A DNA stretch of 64,000 nucleotides, taken from NCBI GenBank assembly GCA_042584585.1, contig JBHOSQ010000004.1:38433-102432 (forward strand). Reading direction: 5' to 3'. Below, piece after piece: positions 39,169-47,639 of this stretch (position 1 is its first letter; each line of letters begins with the position of its first letter). Origin of the DNA: an archaeon. Its GTDB lineage: Archaea > B1Sed10-29 > WALL01. Both the position numbers and the translations under genes were made by a program. The notes under the pieces were generated by a model that was not told where the DNA came from, did no database searches, and saw only the letters and a program-made list of their open reading frames with translations.

Positions 39169-39789
39169 TCACCCGGACGTTATTTTTTCGCCTTCTTCGT
39201 TTTTAATGATGGGCACAGCCACGATGTCTAGGGGCTGAAATCCCATTTCGGCACGCTTTTTGTTGATTAGCTCGGCGTTTGGCTTGGTTTCCTCGCTTAC
39301 CACGATGGTCTTGAACCTTGGGTCCAGCGCGAACCCGTAGGCGTCGCCTATTTTCCTGATTGTTGCCTCCCACCCCATTTCCGAGAGGAAGTGCTGGAGC
39401 CCGGCCTTTCGCTCGGCGAACGGTGGCACCCCGTGTTTCTTTCGAGAAGCGAACTTGTCGCTCGTCAAGCCGATTTCGACGGCTCCGCCGAGGGCAAACG
39501 CCATTGTAAGGAAGTGCTCGTGGCCCAGGTGGAGCTTGCTGAAGGTCCCGCCCAAACAAATCGTGGCTGGGGCTTTCGCAGAAGAACTGGGGGGGCCCAC
39601 AGGTGGACGTTGACTTGGGTCAACGTCAGGGGCAACCGGCCCCCCGGTTGACACTTGAGCTGGTTCCCCCAGTTGATCAGTTGACTCTGCGGTTTGAGCC
39701 GTTGTTTTCCCCATTGCCGCTGCTTTCTCTCGCTCCCGCTTTCGCCTCAATGCGCCCAATGGCTCCGGGGGGAGCACGACGGAAGTCAT
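39169..39789 (-). CDS. coaD: Phosphopantetheine adenylyltransferase with low-complexity N-terminal extension
   Basis: GGTFSKLHLGH (HxGH), GLTSD, IVVSEET, IN..R. Start overlaps the pyrH stop (ATGA). Confidence 0.82.
   Translation of the reverse strand: MTSVVLPPEPLGALRRKREREKAAAMGKTTAQTAESTDQLGEPAQVSTGGPVAPDVDPSQRPPVGPPSSSAKAPATICLGGTFSKLHLGHEHFLTMAFALGGAVEIGLTSDKFASRKKHGVPPFAERKAGLQHFLSEMGWEATIRKIGDAYGFALDPRFKTIVVSEETKPNAELINKKRAEMGFQPLDIVAVPIIKNEEGEKITSG
39585..39674. repeat. Compound (doublet-like) palindromic element, copy 4, inside the PPAT N-terminal extension
   Basis: Bounded by the AACTGGGGG/CCCCCAGTT inverted repeat. Internal stems GGGGGGCC/GGCCCCCC and GACGTTGAC/GTCAACGTC. Confidence 0.65.
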
Positions 39790-40454
39790 CCGACTACAGT
39801 CCCCCGCGTCTTGCCCTTTAGTGTTGAGTTAATCTCGTCGGGAATGCCTTTGATTATGTAAGTCTTTATTTTCGAGCGCGCGATTAGCTTCGCGGCCAGC
39901 AAGTCGAACACAAAATGCGTGCGTGCGCCGCGGGCGTCCTGCTCCGCCGACAATGCGATGAGCTTGTTGTACTTCATTTTCCTGAATTTTTTCGCTGACT
40001 TGAATTTGCGCGGGTCCTTGGTGTAGACCCCGTCCACGTTCGTCGCGTTGACCAGTTTTTTTGCGCCGATTGCTTCGGCGAGGAGTGCGGCGACGGTGTT
40101 TGTTGTGTGGCCGGGAACGGTCCCGCCCATCACGGTGATGCCTTTGCGCTTTGCCTCGCGGCGGGCCGCGCCAATTGTTGTCGGCGCCGGGCCCTTGAGC
40201 CCGAGTGCCTTGCGTAGGAGGAGCGCGTTTTTTCGCGTTTGCTTGATTGCGACTGCGTCGAGGTCGTACTCACTGACTCGCTTTTTTCGCGCTGCGAGCA
40301 ATGCTTTTTCGCCCCGCTTGCCCATCCCGACGACAACGCCAACCGCCGTGCGCCTTTTTAAGCGCAGGATAACAGAACTAACTTCCTTGACGTACCCCGT
40401 GTCTGCTTTGCCTGGAAACACCAGTGAACCGCCAATTTTTAGGACTATGGGCAA
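39786..40454 (-). CDS. pyrH: Uridylate kinase
   Basis: VLKIGGS, GGTVPGHTT, ATNVDGVYTKDP. Confidence 0.9.
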   Translation of the reverse strand: MPIVLKIGGSLVFPGKADTGYVKEVSSVILRLKRRTAVGVVVGMGKRGEKALLAARKKRVSEYDLDAVAIKQTRKNALLLRKALGLKGPAPTTIGAARREAKRKGITVMGGTVPGHTTNTVAALLAEAIGAKKLVNATNVDGVYTKDPRKFKSAKKFRKMKYNKLIALSAEQDARGARTHFVFDLLAAKLIARSKIKTYIIKGIPDEINSTLKGKTRGTVVG

Positions 40455-40509
40455 ACTAACACACCTCAGGGATTAAATACGCGGGACTATTATAAAAACG
40501 TGACTCGAA

Positions 40510-41700
40510 ATGGCACATTCGAAAGAGAGGTACCTCTTCCGCAAGAAATTGAAGGAACTGTCCGAAATGAAGGGGCAGGGGACAGAACTGATTAGTATCT
40601 ACATTCCACCGGGCTACCAAGTCAGTGAGGTCACGAACAAGCTCCGCGAGGAAGCGGGGCAGGCCATGAACATCAAGAGCAAGCAGACCAAGAAAAATGT
40701 CACCGCCGCGATTGAGAGGCTGCTGCACGCGCTGAAGGGGTACAAGAAGCCGCCGGAAAACGGGCTCGCGGTATTTTCCGGCAACATCGACGACAAAGTC
40801 GAGTTGTTTTCCATTGAGCCGCCGGAGCCAGTCAACATACAGACGTACAGGTGTGACTCCACTTTTTTCCTTGAGCCGCTTTGGGACATGCTCGAGGCAA
40901 AGGAGGTGTATGGCCTTGTCATTGTGGACCGGCGGGAGGCGACACTCGCACTGCTGAAGGGAAAGCGCATCGAATTAATCAAGAACATGGGCTCACAGGT
41001 TCCCGGAAAGCACCGCGCCGGCGGGCAAAGCAGCGTGCGTTTTGAAAGGCTTATTGAAATCGCTGCGCACGAGTGGTTCAAAAAGGTCGGGGACATGGCG
41101 AACGAGAACTTCGAGCGCGAGAACGTCAAGGGCGTGCTGGTCGGCGGGCCCGGCCCAACGAAGCATGAGTTCCTGAACCACGACTACCTCAGCAACAAGA
41201 CCAAGAAAAAGATTGTTGGCATCGTCGACACGGGCTACACGGATGAGTTCGGGATTCGCGAGTTGATGCAGAAGTCCGGCGACATCATGCACGACCTCGA
41301 GATAGTCAAAGAAAAGCAATTGCTGGAAAAGTTTTTGGGTGAAGCTGCGCTCGGCGGGCTCGCAACGTACGGCGAAGCGGAAGTCCGAGAGGCGCTTACC
41401 ATGGGCAAAGTCGATATCTTGCTGCTCAGCGAGGAGTTGATGTGGAAGCGCATCGGGTTCAAGTGCCCGCAGTGCGGCGAGATAAAGCACTTGACGGTGA
41501 AGGAGCACATGCCGGTCGTGAAGTGCGACAAGGACCACATGGACATGAAGCCCCACATCGAAAAAGACTTCGTGGAAGAGCTCGCGGAACTGGCGGAGCA
41601 GATGGCCACGAAAATCGAGATGATTTCCACGGACACGCCCGAGGGCGAGCAGTTCAAGGACGGGTTCGGCGGAATCGGTGCGCTGTTGCGGTTCAAATGA
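40510..41700 (+). CDS. prf1: Peptide chain release factor aRF1
   Basis: NIKS, YRCD, GGQS, GFGGIGALLRF. Confidence 0.96.
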   Translation: MAHSKERYLFRKKLKELSEMKGQGTELISIYIPPGYQVSEVTNKLREEAGQAMNIKSKQTKKNVTAAIERLLHALKGYKKPPENGLAVFSGNIDDKVELFSIEPPEPVNIQTYRCDSTFFLEPLWDMLEAKEVYGLVIVDRREATLALLKGKRIELIKNMGSQVPGKHRAGGQSSVRFERLIEIAAHEWFKKVGDMANENFERENVKGVLVGGPGPTKHEFLNHDYLSNKTKKKIVGIVDTGYTDEFGIRELMQKSGDIMHDLEIVKEKQLLEKFLGEAALGGLATYGEAEVREALTMGKVDILLLSEELMWKRIGFKCPQCGEIKHLTVKEHMPVVKCDKDHMDMKPHIEKDFVEELAELAEQMATKIEMISTDTPEGEQFKDGFGGIGALLRFK

Positions 41701-42770
41701 GGATAAAAGACACTCCTCAGGACTTTGTCGTGGAAGAAATAACTTCCAGCGGCGAGGTTCTGGAGGTTGGGAAAGAATACCCTTTTTCTGGGGGCGACGG
41801 GGAGAACTTGGTTTTTGTTTTGGAGAAGACCAATTGGGGCACAATGGGCGCGATGAAAGAATTGGGAAAGCGGCTGCATTGCTCGGAAAAGCGGCTTGGA
41901 TTCGCCGGAACCAAGGACCGGCGCGCCGTCACGGCACAGAGGTGCTCGGCGTGGAACGTGAAAAAAGAAGAGCTCGATAAAATAAGCATAAAAGACATTG
42001 CACTGAAGCCACTTCATTACGGCGAGCGCGTCGGGCTCGGTGACCTGCAGGGCAACCGGTTCACCATCACTGTGCGGGACTTTTCTGGCAAGGGAAAAAT
42101 GCCTGATAAGATTCCTAATTCGTTCGGCCCACAGCGGTTCGGTGGGCAAAGGCAAATCACTCACTTGGTTGGGAAAGCCATCGTCAACGGGCAGTTCCAC
42201 GACGCCGTCGACACTTATTTGTTTGGGACAATGGACGGCGACCCAAACCAGGAAGTGCGCGAAAAGTGCAAAGGCGATTACGCGCTAGCGATAAAGGAGT
42301 TTCCAATGCACTTAACGTACGAGCGGTCCATACTGGGTCACCTTGCGAAGAGTTCGAGCGACTATGTTGGTGCATTGCGCGCGCTGCCACGGAAATTGCT
42401 GGTCATGTTTGTGCACGCTTACCAGTCGGAGCTGTTCAACAAGGTTTTGAATAAACGGGGGCTGGAAAAGATGGATGGCGACTTGCTTGAGGGCGGCGTG
42501 CCGACTGGCCCGTTGTTCGGCACGAACTGTCCGCTCGCTTCGGGAGAGGCAGGCGAAATCGAGCGCGGGGTGCTGGAAAGCGAGTGGCTGGAGCTTAAGG
42601 ATTTCGAGGTCCACGGCATGCCTGACTTGACGAGCGAGGGAATGCGGCGGAAGCTGTGGGTGGAAGTAACTGATTTTGAAGTGCTCGAAAAAGGCAGTGA
42701 CTGGATAAAGGTTAGGTTTTCGCTGCCGAAGGGGAGTTACGCGACAACGGCATTGGACTACTTGGAGTAG
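41697..42770 (+). CDS. truD: tRNA pseudouridine(13) synthase TruD
   Basis: DFVVEE, AGTKDRRAVT, GNRFTI, FGPQRFG, LPKGSYAT. Confidence 0.94.
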   Translation: MRIKDTPQDFVVEEITSSGEVLEVGKEYPFSGGDGENLVFVLEKTNWGTMGAMKELGKRLHCSEKRLGFAGTKDRRAVTAQRCSAWNVKKEELDKISIKDIALKPLHYGERVGLGDLQGNRFTITVRDFSGKGKMPDKIPNSFGPQRFGGQRQITHLVGKAIVNGQFHDAVDTYLFGTMDGDPNQEVREKCKGDYALAIKEFPMHLTYERSILGHLAKSSSDYVGALRALPRKLLVMFVHAYQSELFNKVLNKRGLEKMDGDLLEGGVPTGPLFGTNCPLASGEAGEIERGVLESEWLELKDFEVHGMPDLTSEGMRRKLWVEVTDFEVLEKGSDWIKVRFSLPKGSYATTALDYLE

Positions 42771-42777
42771 ATGCCTC

Positions 42778-42801
42778 TGGGGGCGTCATTTGACGCCCCC
42801 A
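42778..42801. repeat. REP-like palindrome copy 5
   Basis: TGGGGGCGTCA-TT-TGACGCCCCCA followed by AGT, between convergent genes. Confidence 0.7.
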
Positions 42802-42836
42802 AGTCTACCGCGCCAGCTCAGGTTTGGGCTGTGATA

Positions 42837-43748
42837 CTACTGCTCTGGGATATCTGAAGTAGTGTCGTTTAAATCGGTTACGTTGCCAGTGACATTGCCC
42901 GTGACGTTTCCAACCATCACTTCTGGCGAGTCGAATGTGAGGTAAGGCACACCGATTTCCAGTAACTCCAGCATGGCGTCGATTGCTTTTTTGGCTTCGC
43001 CGCGCGCTGGCTGGATTTCAATTGTCGAGTTGCTGACGTAGACCTGCGTGGTGGGGTAGCTGGGGTGCCGCAGGATTATTGATGCCCGCTCGTCCATTTC
43101 CTGGAGGCACGCTTCCACGTTGAGGTTGGTCGCGTTCTCGTCGGTGCACGAGAGCCACTGGCCGTCTGTCTCGACGCCGTAGGTGTTTATGAGGATGCCT
43201 TCGGACGTTAACTTGGTTATCATGGGCACGAACGAGTTGATTGCTTCTCCGTTTCCTTCGTCTGGGTACGGCCGGACTTCAAAAAAGAAGTTGATTTTCC
43301 CGGAGTACGCCAGCTCAAGGGCTTTGTAGGTGGCGTCCCAGTAGTAGGAATAAAACAGAACGTCGTTGTACTCGTCGCCGAGGGCATTGTAGCCGACGAA
43401 TAAGCTTTGCGTTGTGTTGGATGTACGGTGGCCGTTCTCGTCGACGACGTATGCCTTGATTTGCTTTACGCCGATTTCGTCGTACGGCGAGACAAAGTAT
43501 TTGAAGAAGTACGTTGTGCCTTCCACGTGGTCGAACGTGGCGTTGCGGTCCGGCATAGCCACATATACTTCTGTGAGAGCTAGGGTGGAATCTATTTGAA
43601 TGGTCGCGTAGCCTGGTTGGGCTGGCTGGGGATAGGCGGACACGCTGAGCTCGGCGCGGGGGCTTTGGCTCGTGCCGAGGTACGCCGTGGCTGCGATTGA
43701 CGCGACGACTATGAGGGCGAGGAATATCCACTGCTTTTCTGCTTTCAT
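42837..43748 (-). CDS. Membrane-anchored extracellular protein (probable glycoprotein)
   Basis: N-terminal TM, many NxS/T sequons, C-terminal GNVTx3 repeat. Confidence 0.7.
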   Translation of the reverse strand: MKAEKQWIFLALIVVASIAATAYLGTSQSPRAELSVSAYPQPAQPGYATIQIDSTLALTEVYVAMPDRNATFDHVEGTTYFFKYFVSPYDEIGVKQIKAYVVDENGHRTSNTTQSLFVGYNALGDEYNDVLFYSYYWDATYKALELAYSGKINFFFEVRPYPDEGNGEAINSFVPMITKLTSEGILINTYGVETDGQWLSCTDENATNLNVEACLQEMDERASIILRHPSYPTTQVYVSNSTIEIQPARGEAKKAIDAMLELLEIGVPYLTFDSPEVMVGNVTGNVTGNVTDLNDTTSDIPEQ

Positions 43749-43812
43749 GCTGTTCACTATGCTCGTTCTAAAATAAAAAGGAAAGGGGACTAATGTCCCC
43801 TTCTCCGGGTTC

Positions 43813-46329
43813 TTAAAGGGCTTTGATAGCCGCAATGAGGCTGTCGACTTCTGCAGCCGTGTCCGAAGCAGTGTAACCTGCAACGTACAAGGTGCTTCCG
43901 TCCAGCTCAGTCATCTTAGCGCCAGCCGAAGTCAAAGCCTCTGTCTTGCCGACAGCGAGGTTGTTGACATAGTGGCCGCCGATAACGATGGCGTTGCCGG
44001 TCGGGTTGGTCGAGTCACTCACAACAAGGCTACCAGAGACAGTACCGAAGGTAACTCCGGTCGCAACAGCGTCCACGTCACATGTGAGGTCGCTCACAAT
44101 TACGTCCGAGGTGACGTCATATGGGAACGTCTTGTCGGTCGTAACGGTGAAAGCATTCTCAGAAACGCTTTCTGTCTCGGAGACACCAGGTACCAAAGTA
44201 ACCCTAAGCTTCGCGTCTTCCTTGAAGGCCTTGACTTCCAAAGTGTTGGCGTCAGTTGCCTCTAGGTTAGCGTAGCCAAGCTCGTGGTAGGTGTACCTGT
44301 CCTCAGATGCCTTCTCTTGGTTCTGGTCCACGTAGGTTGTAGCCACAGCAGCGTCGGTTGCCTTGATTCCTTCGTAGTTGGCAGACTTCGCGTAGGTGTA
44401 GGTGTGTCCTGGTCTTCCGGTGGCCAGTTTGAAGTTTGCCGACAACGCCGTGTTGTTCTCGTAGGCATAGCCGTGCGACATTCCTGTGGTGGTGCCTGAG
44501 CCGTTGGTCCAGTTCCAGACTGGGTTGGTCCAGGTCAAGTTGTAGTAGTCACTTGACACGTTGTTGTCTGCGCCGCTGATGACGTAAACCACGTCGTCAG
44601 TGCCGTACGACATAAAGTCGCCGGACGTCAAGGCAAATTGCACGGTCTGCGAACCCTGGTTGGTGCTAACGGAGATTCCGGTAGCAGCAGACAGGATGAT
44701 GTTCGAGGTCGCTGCACTTGCATTGTTGAAACCAAGGTACCATGGTCCATAAGTCGCGTTGGGCCAGTTAGCTACCATCTGCAGGTCACCAACTTGGTTT
44801 GCCTGTGTCACGTTGCGGTGTCCCGTGAACGAATACTCGATAGCCGAGGCCGCTCCAGGTGTCTTTAGCTTCACGTAACTGTTGTCCAGGTCGCCGGACT
44901 TGTAGTAAACCGACTCCAGCCTGAGAGGTTGCTCATTCAGGAAGAAGAAGTCGCCCGCCTTCAGTGGAAGGTAACCTGGTTCAATTGCAGTGATGTTGCT
45001 AAAGTTCGAGTTCTGGACAATAGCGCCATCCGTGGTGTTCGCTAGGAACGCGTTGGTTCTGTAGTCAGTGTCGTCCCACATCTCGAAGGTGTACTGGTTC
45101 TCATAGGTGTCGCTGTACGTAACTTCGTCAATGACATACCGCTCGCTGGACTCAGTTCCGTGGAGGGTAAATGTGTCCACTTCGATTTCACCGCGGTCCG
45201 CGTTGGTGCCCGCATAGTTAATCGTAAAGTAGTCCTTGGGGCCAGTTATGGCTGTCATCTGGTCGTTCTTGGCGTAGTTCTTGTTCAGGTAGACGTCAAT
45301 CTTGTCGGTGTTGGGTGCGACGTTCGTGATGTCGACCTTCCAAATGTCGCTGCCGGGGAACTTGTCGTTGTCAACAAGCTTCAGCAATTCGCCGCCTACG
45401 CGGAGTGTTGCCGAACCACCCTGGCCAGGCGTGTAAGACTTCTGCACTGACTGCAGGTACGTGTAGAACCCGCTTGTCGTTGCGTCTTGGTTGTTGCCTG
45501 TGTCGAGCTGCGTCGTGACCGCGCTGGTCAAGTCGCCGCCAGTTACAGTAACAGTTGCGTAACCAGTGTTGGGGGTCGTGGTTTCGTCCAGGCTTGCGCT
45601 GTCTAGCGTCACCGTATAGGTGTTGTCGCTGATAACAACGTCACTGCTCTGGCCGATTCCCAGGCTGACCTTCTCGCCCTTAACAAGATGAACTTCGTTT
45701 GCGGTTATCTTGTTGATGACGTAGTTGCTGCCGAGGAACTTGATCTCAACAGTCTGGTTCAGCTTGCTGTCAGAGTACGGGAAGTTCTTGATGAAATCAA
45801 GCGTGTACTTGATTCTCTTGCTTCCTGTGCCCTCCAGGTAGACTCCGTGGAAGTCCTTGTCCTCTTCGTACTTGAGATTCACGGCGTTGCTGACGGAAAC
45901 ACTTTCCTTGTAGTCGTATTCTGCGTTCTGGAAAGTAAACGTTCCTTTGTGCATTCCGTGTGCTTCTCCAAGGGTCAAGGTGTTCACCGTTTCGGTGATG
46001 GTTCCACCAGCTTCTGTCTTGTCCATGTACGTTCCTTCTGTCGGAACCGCAGACGATCCACTAATCTTCAGTTTGACGGTGCCCATTGCATCGGGGGTGA
46101 CAGAGCCACCTGCCTCGATGTACGCCTTGTTACCGATAACTGCCGCGAGCTTAGCCGCCGCAATACCGTCGGAAATCATGGCGTCGCCACCGACAACGAT
46201 CTGAACATTCGTGTTGCCGCTTGCGTCCCAATAAAAGTCCTTTGTTGGCAGCGCAGCTAGAGCCGCGCCGACAAGCAAAGCAGTACCTGCCGCCACAGCA
46301 GCTGCTTTCTTTATATTTAGAGACTTCAT
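43813..46329 (-). CDS. S-layer protein (Methanococcales/DPANN type)
   Basis: Signal peptide; N-domain IVVGGDA..SDGIAA; C-domain AIVIGGHYVN..LYVAGYTASDT; many sequons; strong codon bias. Confidence 0.85.
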   Translation of the reverse strand: MKSLNIKKAAAVAAGTALLVGAALAALPTKDFYWDASGNTNVQIVVGGDAMISDGIAAAKLAAVIGNKAYIEAGGSVTPDAMGTVKLKISGSSAVPTEGTYMDKTEAGGTITETVNTLTLGEAHGMHKGTFTFQNAEYDYKESVSVSNAVNLKYEEDKDFHGVYLEGTGSKRIKYTLDFIKNFPYSDSKLNQTVEIKFLGSNYVINKITANEVHLVKGEKVSLGIGQSSDVVISDNTYTVTLDSASLDETTTPNTGYATVTVTGGDLTSAVTTQLDTGNNQDATTSGFYTYLQSVQKSYTPGQGGSATLRVGGELLKLVDNDKFPGSDIWKVDITNVAPNTDKIDVYLNKNYAKNDQMTAITGPKDYFTINYAGTNADRGEIEVDTFTLHGTESSERYVIDEVTYSDTYENQYTFEMWDDTDYRTNAFLANTTDGAIVQNSNFSNITAIEPGYLPLKAGDFFFLNEQPLRLESVYYKSGDLDNSYVKLKTPGAASAIEYSFTGHRNVTQANQVGDLQMVANWPNATYGPWYLGFNNASAATSNIILSAATGISVSTNQGSQTVQFALTSGDFMSYGTDDVVYVISGADNNVSSDYYNLTWTNPVWNWTNGSGTTTGMSHGYAYENNTALSANFKLATGRPGHTYTYAKSANYEGIKATDAAVATTYVDQNQEKASEDRYTYHELGYANLEATDANTLEVKAFKEDAKLRVTLVPGVSETESVSENAFTVTTDKTFPYDVTSDVIVSDLTCDVDAVATGVTFGTVSGSLVVSDSTNPTGNAIVIGGHYVNNLAVGKTEALTSAGAKMTELDGSTLYVAGYTASDTAAEVDSLIAAIKAL

Positions 46330-46344
46330 TCTTTTTTTCACCTC

Positions 46345-46425
46345 ATGCATCTGTAAAAAGATTTACATCAAGGGAAGAGCAAGAGCCCTACCCTTGGTGA
46401 GCATAAATCACACTTCATTTATAAA
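46345..46425 (-). promoter_or_regulatory. S-layer promoter (TTTATAAA at 46418-46425) and structured 5' UTR
   Basis: TATA box, two hairpins, then a GAGGTG SD before the ATG. Confidence 0.6.
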
Positions 46426-46567
46426 GATTTCGCCTATTTATCGTCATTTTACGAATATTTAGACCTAAACAAAGTGATGTTGGGTTGATGGATTTAGGGT
46501 TATAAAAGGCTATTTAAAGGTCTTTGGAATCTCCTTTAAACGCCCTTGAACTCCTCTTTAAAGACCC

Positions 46568-47203
46568 TCATTTAATGAAAACTTCCTTGCTGTTCTCGCG
46601 GTATTTCCGCAAAGCAAGGTCTTTCTGGACCAATGTGCTGGCATAGCTGTGGAGCACCGAAGCCACGTCCATGAGGATGCCCTGGGCCTCACTGGGGTCG
46701 ACAACGTACTCTTCCATTGGCTCCAGCTCAATCGAGGACGGCCCGTACGTCAAAACGAAGTAAACCATGTCCTCAAGCCGCTTAGAAGCAATATCCACCT
46801 CAAACAGGTTGGTGTATACCCCTTCTTCCTTGACCACCTCGTCCTTCTGGACATTGGTGACTGTCACGATATTGTCCTTGGCCATTTGGCCCATTAAGTG
46901 CGTCGTGGCGTCCTCCAAAGCCTTTTTGTCCTTTGACTGGCCCTCGATTATCGCGTGCGCCCTGAAAACTTGTGCTGCTGTCGGCTTTTCGCCCATAATT
47001 CCTCGCCTCACTGAATCTACTGCCCGGTACTTCGTGGGATAGCCACCCAATTTTTCGACTGTCTTTAGCTTAATCAGCTTCGCCAAGTCGCCCTCTACTT
47101 CGTGGAGCGGCAGGCCGAGCTCTTCGCGCAGCTCTTTCGCTGTCTTTCCGTCTTCGACTAAAGCCTTTGCAATCTTGGCCTGGTTGCGGCTAAACCCGGG
47201 CAT
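46568..47203 (-). CDS. N-terminal winged-HTH fused to a conserved uncharacterised archaeal domain
   Basis: KTAKELREELG...LAKLIKLKTV wHTH; YGPSSIEL.P C-terminal motif. Confidence 0.65.
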   Translation of the reverse strand: MPGFSRNQAKIAKALVEDGKTAKELREELGLPLHEVEGDLAKLIKLKTVEKLGGYPTKYRAVDSVRRGIMGEKPTAAQVFRAHAIIEGQSKDKKALEDATTHLMGQMAKDNIVTVTNVQKDEVVKEEGVYTNLFEVDIASKRLEDMVYFVLTYGPSSIELEPMEEYVVDPSEAQGILMDVASVLHSYASTLVQKDLALRKYRENSKEVFIK

Positions 47204-47239
47204 AGGGCTTTTTATAATTGGGTTTGTTTAAAAACGATT

Positions 47240-47536
47240 ATGGTAAATCCCGCGAACTTCACGGCTCCCGCCATCAGTTTCTACGAGCCCAGTGGCCTAA
47301 TCGTGATGATCATCGGGGTAGTTCTCATAGTAGCCGCGTTCTACGTGTTCTTTAAAATAATCAAGAACGTCATCGCCAACGCCATAATCGGTGGAATCGG
47401 CTTAATCGTGCTGCACTTCGTCGCACCACACGTCGGCGTCAACATCCCCATCGACTTGATAAACATCATCATCGCCATCATCGGAGGGCTGCCGGGCCTC
47501 GCCATCATACTCGTTTTCAGCCTCTTTGGGCTCTAA
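47240..47536 (+). CDS. BofA-like small membrane protein
   Basis: 3 TM helices; NAIIG, IPID, IGGLPG. Confidence 0.7.
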   Translation: MVNPANFTAPAISFYEPSGLIVMIIGVVLIVAAFYVFFKIIKNVIANAIIGGIGLIVLHFVAPHVGVNIPIDLINIIIAIIGGLPGLAIILVFSLFGL

Positions 47537-47582
47537 ACAACCAAAACCCATAGCCGCAAGGCTAGCCACAACACTATGCTTA

Positions 47583-47608
47583 GGGGGGTCGCCAATTGGC
47601 GACCCCCC
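47583..47608. repeat. REP-like palindrome copy 6 (perfect, 26 bp)
   Basis: GGGGGGTCGCCAATTGGCGACCCCCC, between convergent genes. Confidence 0.88.
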
Positions 47609-47639
47609 ATATGGTAAAGCTAGGGCTGGTTCAAGAAAA

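Noticed and set aside
42778-42801. Palindromes as ordinary intrinsic terminators
   Set aside because: No U-tracts follow them, family members occur between divergent genes and inside CDSs, and archaeal termination generally relies on oligo-U.
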